Below, piece after piece: positions 19,073 to 27,922 of a stretch of 64,000 bases of DNA; within the stretch, counting starts at the first letter, position 1, and every line of letters starts with the position of its first letter. The position numbers and the translations under genes were made by a program. The stretch is from contig CANIIA010000002.1 of assembly GCA_947467435.1 (NCBI GenBank), forward strand, positions 20,882 through 84,881, read 5' to 3'. A model generated the notes under the pieces. It did no database searches. It was not told the DNA's origin and saw only the letters and a list, made by a program, of their open reading frames with translations. Source of the DNA: Betaproteobacteria bacterium (lineage in GTDB: Bacteria > Pseudomonadota > Gammaproteobacteria > Burkholderiales > SG8-39).

Positions 19073-20644
19073 ATGCTCACTCTGCCCACCCTGTTGCGGC
19101 GCACCGCACGCTTGCATGGCAAGCATATCGCCATCCGCGATCCCGAAGGGGATCTGTCGTGGCAGGCCTATCATGCGCGTATCGTGCGCGCTGCAGGCAT
19201 GCTCCGTCATTCTTTGGGGCTTCAGCCTGGTGCGCGCATCGGCATTTTGGCGCGCAATAGTGTGCGACAAGCCGAACTCATCTATGCCGCTTATTGGGCA
19301 GGTGTCGTGCCTGTGCCCGTGAACTTTCGCTTAGCCCCCCCTGAGATTGCCGATTTGCTCGCCGACGCTGAATGTGCGGCGCTCGCCATTGAATCGACGT
19401 TTTTATCGCTCTTCGATCACCACGCACTCACCCAATGGCGTGATCGCGCCATGTTACTTGGGGCAACCAGCACCGCAGCGCAACCCATCGGACTGGGCGC
19501 GTATGACACGCTGCGTGATGCGGCTCCGCCCATCGATGCACACGAACCCGATGAGCATGATGATGCGATTTTGCTATACACCGGCGGTACTACCGGTCGC
19601 GGTAAGGGCGTGCGCATCACGCATCGCAATGTCGTGGCCAATGCAATGCAATTGGCGCATATCATGAATATCGCTGCGCAAGATAGTTACTTGCATGTCT
19701 CACCGATGTTTCATTCCACCGATTTAAAAGCCACTTGTCTCACGCTACATGGTGGCAGCCATGTTTATCTGCCTGAGTTCACACCGGCCGGCGTACTAGA
19801 GGCCATTGCACATTACGGCATCACGATTGGTAGTTTGGTGCCGACCATGATCATTCGTTTGCTACAAGACCCCGCGTTTGGCAAACACGATATCTCTACC
19901 TTACGCGTGATTAGCTACGGCACCTCTCCGATGGCCGCCGAATGGATTCGTCGTACCATAAACGCGTTTCCGAACGTGGCCATGCAACAAGTGTATGGGC
20001 TCACCGAAACTTCACCCGTACTTGCGATTTTGGATGAACACGATCACGCGCGTGCCTTGGCCGGAGAAGAGCACATCTTGCGTGCGGGCGGCCGGCCCGT
20101 GGCGGGCACCGATGTTCGCATCGTCGATGAGAACGGTCATGAAGTGCCGCCTGAAGAAAGTGGCGAAATTTTGGTGCGCGGCCCGCAAGTAGCGAATGGC
20201 TATCACAACCGTCCGCGCGAAACCGCCGAGGTGTTTCGTGATGGCTGGTTACGCACCGGCGATGTCGGGCGGCTCGATGCCGAAGGGTATTTGTACGTAC
20301 TCGATCGCAAAAAAGACATGGTCATCACCGGCGGTGAAAACGTCTACACCTCAGAAGTCGAAGCGGTGTTGTATCAACATCCCGGAGTGCATGAAGTGGC
20401 GGTGATTGGTGTGCCCGATGAACGTTTTGGTGAAGCCCTTTGCGCAGTGATTGTGCCCGCCCCAGGTCACACTTTCAGTGCTGAAGATATTATTCAGCAC
20501 TGTCGTGGGCGTATTGGTGGTTACAAGATTCCACGCCAAGTACGATTCGTCGACGCGTTACCAAAAAGCGCCATGGGAAAAACCCTCAAACAAACGCTAC
20601 GGCAAGAAGCTGTGGCCATGCAATCCGGGTCCCGTACGCCTTAG
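19073..20644 (+). CDS. AMP-dependent acyl-CoA synthetase/ligase
   Basis: ORF from 19049. The ATG at 19073 is preceded by AAGGA at 5-nt spacing. Motifs YTGGTTGRGKGV, GWLRTGDVGRLDAEGYLYVLDRKKD, PKSAMGKTLK. Confidence 0.92.
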   Translation: MLTLPTLLRRTARLHGKHIAIRDPEGDLSWQAYHARIVRAAGMLRHSLGLQPGARIGILARNSVRQAELIYAAYWAGVVPVPVNFRLAPPEIADLLADAECAALAIESTFLSLFDHHALTQWRDRAMLLGATSTAAQPIGLGAYDTLRDAAPPIDAHEPDEHDDAILLYTGGTTGRGKGVRITHRNVVANAMQLAHIMNIAAQDSYLHVSPMFHSTDLKATCLTLHGGSHVYLPEFTPAGVLEAIAHYGITIGSLVPTMIIRLLQDPAFGKHDISTLRVISYGTSPMAAEWIRRTINAFPNVAMQQVYGLTETSPVLAILDEHDHARALAGEEHILRAGGRPVAGTDVRIVDENGHEVPPEESGEILVRGPQVANGYHNRPRETAEVFRDGWLRTGDVGRLDAEGYLYVLDRKKDMVITGGENVYTSEVEAVLYQHPGVHEVAVIGVPDERFGEALCAVIVPAPGHTFSAEDIIQHCRGRIGGYKIPRQVRFVDALPKSAMGKTLKQTLRQEAVAMQSGSRTP

Positions 20645-20698
20645 TACGTCACCGCAGGAGTGCAGCGTTGATTTTTTATTTTTTTTAGGAGACATCGT

Positions 20699-21112
20699 AT
20701 GAAACCCGGATTCACTGTTGGCATGAAAAAAACCGCACGCATCACGGTCGATACTGATCGCACCATCGGCTTTATGGGTGATGCGCTACGCGTATACGCC
20801 ACGCCGATGATGGTGCGCGATGTCGAAATTACCTGCAAAGATTTTCTCGGAGAATTTCTGAGTGCCGAAGAAAACTCTGTGGGCGCGCGCGTCGAAATCG
20901 ATCATCTCGGTCCAACGCTGCGCGATATGTGGGTCGACATCACAGCAACAGTCACCGCCATCGAGGGTCGACGGGTGAATTTTGAAGTCGAAGTACGTGA
21001 TGCGCTCGATACCGTCGGTAAGGTGAAGCACACGCGCTTTATTGTGGAGCTTGCCAAACAAAAAGAGCGCCTCGAAGCCAAGGCCGCCAAGTTAGCTGCG
21101 CTCGGTCATTAA
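20699..21112 (+). CDS. Hotdog-fold thioesterase superfamily protein (FlK-like)
   Basis: 137 aa. Pattern TVD...ATPMMVRDVE...VGARVEIDHLGPT...GRRVNFEVEVRD typical of small acyl-CoA thioesterases. Confidence 0.7.
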   Translation: MKPGFTVGMKKTARITVDTDRTIGFMGDALRVYATPMMVRDVEITCKDFLGEFLSAEENSVGARVEIDHLGPTLRDMWVDITATVTAIEGRRVNFEVEVRDALDTVGKVKHTRFIVELAKQKERLEAKAAKLAALGH

Positions 21113-21205
21113 GAAGACGCACAACGCACGCATTAAGTAACACACCGCATTGCCGGACGTACAGCACGCCATTCAACCTCACTGATCACGGTCCATACAC
21201 CACCC

Positions 21206-23959
21206 ATGTCAACGACAATTCCTGTTCAACCCGTCACCAGCACGGGCGAGTCCAAGATGGTGCCGCTGTATTGCAATCAGTGCGTGTGCGGCCCTGATTT
21301 ATTTAAAGTCGAGGTGCGCGATGGTGTGGCGTTGCGCATGACCCCGAATCACGACCTCGAGGGTATTCATCCAGCCGGTGGTCGCGTATGCGTCAAAGCC
21401 TATGGCTTGGTACAAAAAACCTACAACCCCAATCGCCTGACGCAACCACTGAAACGCACCAACCCTAAAAAAGGTAAAGAACACGATCCCGGCTTTGTAC
21501 CGATTTCGTGGGATGAAGCACTCGACTTGGTGGCAGAAAAATTAAACGCTATTCGCGCCAAGGGCCTGCGAGATGAAGAAGGTTACCCACGCGTAGCAGC
21601 GACCTTTGGTGGTGGCGGCACGCCAACGCGTTACATGGGAACGTTTCCAGCATTTTTGTCCGCGTGGGGCGTTCTGGATCAAGGCTATGGTTCGGGTCAA
21701 GGAGCCAAGTGCTTTCACTCTGAACATTTATATGGTGAGTTTTGGCACCGCGCCTTCACGGTGGTTGTCGATTCACTGAATTGCGATTACGTGATTAACT
21801 TTGGCAGCAATCACGAAGCTTCCGGTGGCGTATCGGGGGTATGGCGACAAGCCGATGCGCGCTCACGCGGCTTAAAACGTGTGCAGGTTGAGCCGCATTT
21901 GTCGGTGACGGGCGCATTGTCCGGTGAATGGGTACCGATCAAACCAAAAACAGATGCTGCATTTTTGTATGGCTTGATTCATCGCATTTTGCTCGAGCGC
22001 GATTGGCAGGCTGTGTGTGATGTGCGTTTTTTAAAAGAAGACACCAATTCGCCGTATTTGGTTGGACCACACGGCTATTTCATGCGCGACACAGTCTCAG
22101 GCAAGCCACTCATTTGGGACACCGCCGCGCAATGCGCCAAGCCCTATGACGCCTCGATTAGCGATGCCGCACTGACGGGTAGCTATTGTGTCAGTGGCGA
22201 AGAACACGGACCCGATGGCGAACGCTGGCAACACACCGAGATCCAAGCGCAACCGTCCTTCGAACGGTTGCGCGAACACATGCGTAAATACACGCCGGAG
22301 TGGGCCGCAGCAGAGTGTGATGTGCCGGTAGAAACCATTCGTCGTGTTGCCGACGAATTTGTCGCGCATGCGCGTGTTGGTGCCACGATTGAAATCGACG
22401 GACAAACCTTACCGCATCGGCCCGTGGGCGTAATGCTAGGTAAAGGCGTGAACAACGGCTGGGGTGGTTATCAAGCGATGTGGGGTCGCACTTTACTCGC
22501 GAGCTTGGTGGGTGCACTCGAAGTGCCAGGTGGCACGATGGGAACCAAAGTGCGCTTGAATCGTCCTGCAGACAATCGACTAAAGAGCGCAACGCATGGC
22601 GAAGACGGATTCATGCACTACCCGTTCAATTCGACATTGAAAGCCGATTGGCAATCCAAGCCGCACATTCGCAATGCCTACAAAATGCTGGTGCCATTGG
22701 CGGCCAATTCGCCTTGGTCGGCCGCCCTGGGCCCCGCCCATTTACCTTGGCTGTTTCAACACAAAGCCCCCGCCCCTTGGCCGCGCCAAACATTGCCTGA
22801 GATGTGGATTTGTTATCGCACCAATCCAGCGATTTCATCTTGGAATGCACCCGAAGTTGCAAAACGAATCGCCGAATTTCCGTTCATGCTGGCCTTTGGT
22901 TATACCCTCGATGAATCCAACTGGATGGCGGATGTGATTTTGCCTGAGGCCAGTGATTTAGAAAGCTGGCAACTCTCACGCATCGGTGGCACCGGGTCGG
23001 CTGAACAGTTCTGGCATCACCAAGGTTGGGCGTTACGACAACCAGCGGTTGCACCCGCCGGTGATTGCAAAGACATGAGCGATATCGCGACTGAACTCGC
23101 GAAACGAACCGGTCTATTACGTGAATATAACGAAGCCATCAATCGCGGTTCTGCGGCGATGGCCTTACGTGGCAAGGACTACGACTACGCGCTCGATCCA
23201 GACATTGCCCACGATTCAAAATCGATTTGGAATGCTGTCGCGAAGGCCGCGAGTCATGAAGTGTCTGCGGGCGCAGACGTTAAAGATCTGGATTGGTTTA
23301 GCGAACACGGATTCATGATTCGTCCGTTTTCGCAACTCGAGTGGTATTTATATCCGCGCATGAAAAGCACCGGTTTACGTTTTGAACTGCCGTATCAAGA
23401 GCGCATTCAACGACATGGCGCACAACTCGAGCGGCGCCTACACGAAGTTGGGATCCAATGGTGGGATCCTCAATTAAAAGAATATGAAGCGCTGCCTGAA
23501 TACTTACGTTTTCCCGATATCTGGGAACACTACGCGACCGAATTAGGACGCGATCCTGCCGAGTTTCCGTTGTGGGCGCTCACCGCACGCAGCATGCAAT
23601 ACGCTTGGGGCGCGAACGTGGGTTTACCTTTGATTCGAGAAGTCGCGCAAAACGTCGCCGGTCACGATGGAGTGATCATTAATCGCGCTACCGCCAAACG
23701 CTTAGGCATTGCGGATGGCGATCCGATTGTTCTTGAATCAGCCAGCGGCACCACCCGGGGTCGCGCCACGCTACGCGAAGGTATTCGTCCCGACACGGTC
23801 TTATTGATTGGACAATTTGATCACTGGGCCACGCCAGTGGCTAAAGATTTTGGTGTCGCCAGTCTCAATTCTCTTACTGATCTTGCGGTCTCTCTCACCG
23901 ATGCAACCGGGAGTGGCGCAGACATCATGCGCGTCAGCGTGAAAAAGGCACCCCGATGA
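21206..23959 (+). CDS. Molybdopterin oxidoreductase large subunit (DMSO reductase family), no signal peptide
   Basis: 917 aa. N-terminal Cys group YCNQCVCGPD...GRVCVKAY (CxxCxC...C, atypical spacing). Molybdopterin-binding blocks. No RRxFLK twin-arginine motif in the first 40 aa. Confidence 0.85.
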   Translation: MSTTIPVQPVTSTGESKMVPLYCNQCVCGPDLFKVEVRDGVALRMTPNHDLEGIHPAGGRVCVKAYGLVQKTYNPNRLTQPLKRTNPKKGKEHDPGFVPISWDEALDLVAEKLNAIRAKGLRDEEGYPRVAATFGGGGTPTRYMGTFPAFLSAWGVLDQGYGSGQGAKCFHSEHLYGEFWHRAFTVVVDSLNCDYVINFGSNHEASGGVSGVWRQADARSRGLKRVQVEPHLSVTGALSGEWVPIKPKTDAAFLYGLIHRILLERDWQAVCDVRFLKEDTNSPYLVGPHGYFMRDTVSGKPLIWDTAAQCAKPYDASISDAALTGSYCVSGEEHGPDGERWQHTEIQAQPSFERLREHMRKYTPEWAAAECDVPVETIRRVADEFVAHARVGATIEIDGQTLPHRPVGVMLGKGVNNGWGGYQAMWGRTLLASLVGALEVPGGTMGTKVRLNRPADNRLKSATHGEDGFMHYPFNSTLKADWQSKPHIRNAYKMLVPLAANSPWSAALGPAHLPWLFQHKAPAPWPRQTLPEMWICYRTNPAISSWNAPEVAKRIAEFPFMLAFGYTLDESNWMADVILPEASDLESWQLSRIGGTGSAEQFWHHQGWALRQPAVAPAGDCKDMSDIATELAKRTGLLREYNEAINRGSAAMALRGKDYDYALDPDIAHDSKSIWNAVAKAASHEVSAGADVKDLDWFSEHGFMIRPFSQLEWYLYPRMKSTGLRFELPYQERIQRHGAQLERRLHEVGIQWWDPQLKEYEALPEYLRFPDIWEHYATELGRDPAEFPLWALTARSMQYAWGANVGLPLIREVAQNVAGHDGVIINRATAKRLGIADGDPIVLESASGTTRGRATLREGIRPDTVLLIGQFDHWATPVAKDFGVASLNSLTDLAVSLTDATGSGADIMRVSVKKAPR

Positions 23960-25554
23960 AACGTTACGGCATGATTGTGGACCTCAACCGCTGCGTCGGT
24001 TGTCAGACCTGCACCATTGCGTGCAAACACAGCAACGACACGCCCCCGGGTGTGCAATGGCGTCGCGTGCTTGATGTCGAGCAAGGACAGTATCCCGATG
24101 TCGAACGGCTGTTTTTAGTCACCGGCTGTCAACATTGCGCCGAACCCTCTTGTGTACCGGTGTGCCCCACGGGTGCGACACGTCAGCGAGAAGATGGCTT
24201 GGTGACCATGAACTACGATTTATGTATTGGCTGCGCTTCGTGTGCGGTGGCATGTCCATATCAAGCACGTACCATCGTGCACGAACAACACGGCTACTAC
24301 GCAGACACCCTCACCAAGCAAGAAGAAAAAACAGCGCATACCGATCGATTGGGTGTGGCCAACAAATGTACCTTTTGTATCGAGCGTATCGATACCGCGC
24401 ATACACAGGGCTTAACGCCGGGCGTTGACCCCGACGTCACACCGGCCTGTGCAGTGTCATGCATCACGCAGGCGATTCGCTTTGGCGATTTTGCCGATCC
24501 CAACAGCACCGTGTCGCAGTTGGCGCGTGATGAACGTTCGTTTCAAATGCATGCCGAACTGGGGAATGATCCGCAGATTAAATATCTGTATGAAGTTCCA
24601 CAAGCCACACCAGGGCGCGGCCCAGACGCCATCGATGTGAGTGATGAACGTTTGTCTGATCCCGCCAATCCACTGGTTGGACAGCGTCAAACATTTTGGG
24701 ACTACCGTGCCGCAATGAATTTTATTTTGGGCGGTATGGCCGCAGGTCTCATGCTGTGCGCGTGGTGGGCCGCGCAATTACAACTGATTGAAGTGCAAGC
24801 GCATCGCCAAATCAATCTTGCTGCAGCGGCAGTCATGGCGATTGGATTGTTTTTTGTGTTTCTAAAAATCGGTCGTAAGTTGCGTTTTCTGTTTGTGTTA
24901 CTGCGTCCGCAAAGCTCATGGATGACGCGCGAAACCTGGTGCGTGGCTGCACTGTATCCTGCCATCGCCATCAGCTTTGTGTGGCCACAAGCCGTTTGGA
25001 TGCATTGCATCGCGCTCGCCGCGGCTGGTTTTTTGTATTGCCAAGGACGCATCTTGCAAGCGAGCAAGGGCATTCCCGCTTGGCGCGTTGCGCGTATGCC
25101 GATGATGTTGATCTGCACCGGCATAGCAGAAGGCATCGGTTTACTTGCACTCTTGACGGCCCAATACACAACACAAAACACGCTGCCAATGTATCTTTGC
25201 ATCGCGGGGGCGTTATTCGCGCTACTCAACGCGGTATTCTGGTGGCAGTATGTACGTCAAGCACGGGCAAACGGCATCGGTCCACTAGCCCGCGCAGATT
25301 TGATCAAGGCCACCCCAATCGTGCACGGACTCGCCCATTTAGCCCCGCTAGGTTTATACGCCCTCGCCTTAGCTAAACCTGAAACGATGCACGCGCTCAC
25401 TGCGATCGCAGGACTCTGTGCAGTCGCTGGTGGTGCATGGTGGAAATTCGTCGTCATCACCCGGGCTTGTCACCAACAAGGCTTTGCCTTGCCGATGGTG
25501 CCGCAGCGCGGTTCGGGTCAGCGTGCCGCTCCAGCGCGCTACGCGCTAAATTAA
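23956..25554 (+). CDS. Fusion protein: four-cluster [4Fe-4S] ferredoxin (DmsB-like) plus polytopic membrane anchor (DmsC/NrfD-like)
   Basis: 532 aa. N-terminal half has CVGCQTCTIAC, CQHCAEPSCVPVCP, CIGCASCAVACP, CTFC...CAVSC. The C-terminal ~290 aa has about 8 hydrophobic helices (FILGGMAAGLMLCAWW...). ATGA overlap with the Mo subunit. Confidence 0.85.
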   Translation: MKRYGMIVDLNRCVGCQTCTIACKHSNDTPPGVQWRRVLDVEQGQYPDVERLFLVTGCQHCAEPSCVPVCPTGATRQREDGLVTMNYDLCIGCASCAVACPYQARTIVHEQHGYYADTLTKQEEKTAHTDRLGVANKCTFCIERIDTAHTQGLTPGVDPDVTPACAVSCITQAIRFGDFADPNSTVSQLARDERSFQMHAELGNDPQIKYLYEVPQATPGRGPDAIDVSDERLSDPANPLVGQRQTFWDYRAAMNFILGGMAAGLMLCAWWAAQLQLIEVQAHRQINLAAAAVMAIGLFFVFLKIGRKLRFLFVLLRPQSSWMTRETWCVAALYPAIAISFVWPQAVWMHCIALAAAGFLYCQGRILQASKGIPAWRVARMPMMLICTGIAEGIGLLALLTAQYTTQNTLPMYLCIAGALFALLNAVFWWQYVRQARANGIGPLARADLIKATPIVHGLAHLAPLGLYALALAKPETMHALTAIAGLCAVAGGAWWKFVVITRACHQQGFALPMVPQRGSGQRAAPARYALN

Positions 25555-25691
25555 TCGGCGTTACGCGCAACACCAAGCACTGCCAATGCTGATCAGCGCA
25601 AACGTTGCGAGCTGCGTTTAGAAACACCGCTCACACGAATGACATGTTAAGCCGGTCTATCGAGCCGGCATATTGATCGAAGGAGATTGAC

Positions 25692-26696
25692 TTGCATCAC
25701 ACCCCTCGTCGTTACTACAAAAAGCTATCCCAAATTTTTGTATGGCTTGTATTGGGCGCCCAGTTACTCATGGCCCATGCTTTTGCACAATCGGAAAACT
25801 GGCCAACACGCCCACTCAAACTGATCGTGCCTTACGCAGCCGGCGGATCCACCGATATCGTGGGACGAACCTTTGCGCAAAAAATGACCGAAGCCACTGG
25901 ACACAGCATTGTGGTTGAAAATCGCGGGGGGGCTGCAGGCAGTGTGGCGACGGCGTTATACGCAAAATCAGCTATGGATGACCATACCTTTTTAATGGTC
26001 ACCGTCGGACAACTCTCGATCAACCAGTGGATTTATAAATCGCTCGGCTACGATCCAGAAGCCGACTTACAGCCTGTTGGCCTGGTTGGACAAGTAGCAA
26101 ACGTGATGGTGGTCAACCCCAGCGCCCCTTGGAAAACCGCGCGCGAGTTGTTTGATTATGGTCGTGCCAACCCAGAAAAACTCAATTTTGCGAGCGCCGG
26201 CATTGGCTCTACCGGACACTTACTCAACGAACTGATTGCCACGCGCTTAGGCATGAAGCTGGTGCACATTCCGTACAAAGGTAATGGCCCTGCCATGCAA
26301 GCGTTACTCGCCAATGAGGTGCAGTTCAACACCGAAAACATGCCGCAATTGTTACCGCAAATTCGTGCGGGCGCGTTGCGTCCGCTGGCAGTCTCCTCGG
26401 AGAAACGCTGGTTTCAGTTGCCCGATGTACCCACCTTTGCTGAATTGGGTTATCCAGAGATCACCACCATGGTGTGGTTTGGTGTGGTGGCGCATGCAAA
26501 AATGCCCAAGCCCATCATCAACAAATTAAATCGTGAGATGGTGCAAGTCATCAAACGACCCGATGTCACCGCGCGCTTTCGTGAGCTGAGTATGGAAAAC
26601 ATCACGAGCACTCCAGAAGAAATGCTGGCGCTAGCGCGACGTGAACGCACACGCTGGCAAAAAATCGCCATTGATTCGGGTGCGCGCGCAGATTAA
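25692..26696 (+). CDS. Bug/TctC-family periplasmic solute-binding protein (orphan; no tctA/tctB nearby)
   Basis: 334 aa. TTG start 6 nt after AAGGAG. Signal peptide IFVWLVLGAQLLMAHAFA. Motifs VPYAAGGSTDIVGR, NRGGAAG, ASAGIGSTGHL. Confidence 0.9.
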   Translation: MHHTPRRYYKKLSQIFVWLVLGAQLLMAHAFAQSENWPTRPLKLIVPYAAGGSTDIVGRTFAQKMTEATGHSIVVENRGGAAGSVATALYAKSAMDDHTFLMVTVGQLSINQWIYKSLGYDPEADLQPVGLVGQVANVMVVNPSAPWKTARELFDYGRANPEKLNFASAGIGSTGHLLNELIATRLGMKLVHIPYKGNGPAMQALLANEVQFNTENMPQLLPQIRAGALRPLAVSSEKRWFQLPDVPTFAELGYPEITTMVWFGVVAHAKMPKPIINKLNREMVQVIKRPDVTARFRELSMENITSTPEEMLALARRERTRWQKIAIDSGARAD

Positions 26697-26787
26697 ATCA
26701 ACGCGACAGAGGTGTGTATTCACCTGCGCGCTGAGGGAAACGTAAGCATAGCGTCACCGCCACAGGTTTTTGCTTGAGGTAATTACG

Positions 26788-27813
26788 TTACGTTTTTGCT
26801 TTACGTTGAAGTGTCGCGGCAGCGATGCGCGTGGATGGCGATTTGCGACCGTTGCGATCGTAAGCCCGCGCTTGCAAGGTCACAAACTGCGAAATCAGTA
26901 CATCGCGCAACCAGCGATTGCCTGGATCGTTATGCACACTACGATGCCAATGCATATTGACTTGAAACGTGGGCGGAACAAAGGGTAACGGCACCTGACA
27001 CAACCCACGCTGCGTGGTGATGAAATCTGCCAACGCTTGCGGCACGATCGCCACCACGTCGGTACTCGCCACAATGACTGGCACGCTCATAAAGTGCGGG
27101 GTATGTAACACCACACGCCGCTGGATGCGGTGGCTACGAAAAAATTTTTCGAGCACTTCTTGGCTACGGCCAGAGGCTTCAATGACCACATGACCCAGTC
27201 CAGCAAACTGCGCCAGACTCATCCGTTTGCCCGCGAGCGGATGGTCACTGCGCATGATGCAAGCAAATGAATGTAAACCCACCCGCCGGTGCAAATATTC
27301 CCCGGTACGAATATCCGGGAAATAACCTACCGCAAGATCCACTTCTCCTGCATCCATGGCTTGCGCCAATGCCTGCGGTGAAAGCGTCACCGATCGCACC
27401 CGTGCGCCTGGTGCCTCTTGCGCCACGCGTTGCAACACCAAGGGTAAATAAATCCCCTCGCCAATATCTGAAAGCGCTAAACGAAATTCACGCTGCGTAT
27501 TCGTCGGATTAAATTCGGGCGGGGTAAAAAGCTGCGCTTGCACTGTGTCTAAGATGGAGCGAATAGGTTCAATCAACGCGCGCGCACGCGTGGTGGGCTC
27601 CATGCCACGCGCAGTTTTGATAAACAGCGGATCATCCAATAGCGTCCGTAAGCGCGCCAACGCAGTACTTAGCCCAGGCTGACTCATTGCAAGTTGTTGT
27701 GCAGCGCGCACCACACCACGCGTTTCAAACACGGCAATAAATACGCGCAGCAACGCCAAATCCAGATGGCGCAAACGGGTGTCGCTGTGCGATACGACGG
27801 ATCGTCGCTTCAT
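26788..27813 (-). CDS. LysR-family transcriptional regulator
   Basis: 341 aa. N-terminal HTH LRVFIAVFETRGVVRAAQQLAMSQPGLSTALARLR. Divergent from the Rieske oxygenase genes. Confidence 0.92.
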   Translation of the reverse strand: MKRRSVVSHSDTRLRHLDLALLRVFIAVFETRGVVRAAQQLAMSQPGLSTALARLRTLLDDPLFIKTARGMEPTTRARALIEPIRSILDTVQAQLFTPPEFNPTNTQREFRLALSDIGEGIYLPLVLQRVAQEAPGARVRSVTLSPQALAQAMDAGEVDLAVGYFPDIRTGEYLHRRVGLHSFACIMRSDHPLAGKRMSLAQFAGLGHVVIEASGRSQEVLEKFFRSHRIQRRVVLHTPHFMSVPVIVASTDVVAIVPQALADFITTQRGLCQVPLPFVPPTFQVNMHWHRSVHNDPGNRWLRDVLISQFVTLQARAYDRNGRKSPSTRIAAATLQRKAKT

Positions 27814-27838
27814 GGTTATCTCAAATTAAGATACTGAA

Positions 27839-27853
27839 TATCTATTTTATTGC
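27839..27853. promoter_or_regulatory. Candidate LysR-type operator, AGATA-N5-TATCT
   Basis: Dyad with perfect 5-bp arms (a T-N11-A pattern sits inside it). It lies in the divergent LysR / Rieske-alpha intergenic region, about 70 nt upstream of the alpha ATG. Confidence 0.4.
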
Positions 27854-27922
27854 ATTGTCAGATATATGTTCGGGCCGTACGATACGGGCTACATCGTCTC
27901 ACCTACGTACGGAGTCACTCAG

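Noticed and set aside
21206-21330. Twin-arginine signal on the DMSO-reductase-family subunit
   Set aside because: The first 40 residues (MSTTIPVQPVTSTGESKMVPLYCNQC...) contain no RR motif or hydrophobic h-region. The upstream sequence has in-frame stops before any alternative start.
24702-25376. 175-aa minus-strand and 152-aa plus-strand ORFs inside the membrane-anchor half of the FeS fusion gene
   Set aside because: They are shadow frames. The annotated frame gives regular hydrophobic helices contiguous with the ferredoxin domain.
11635-25610. Three 13-bp palindromes with TTGC/GCAA-type arms in promoter regions, as a shared regulator site: GTTGCATCGCAAC at 11635, TTGCGAAACGCAA at 18990 and CGCAAACGTTGCG near 25600
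   Set aside because: The arm order and spacers differ between the three. A 5+5-bp palindrome is expected by chance about once per kb, which is insufficient to claim a common operator.
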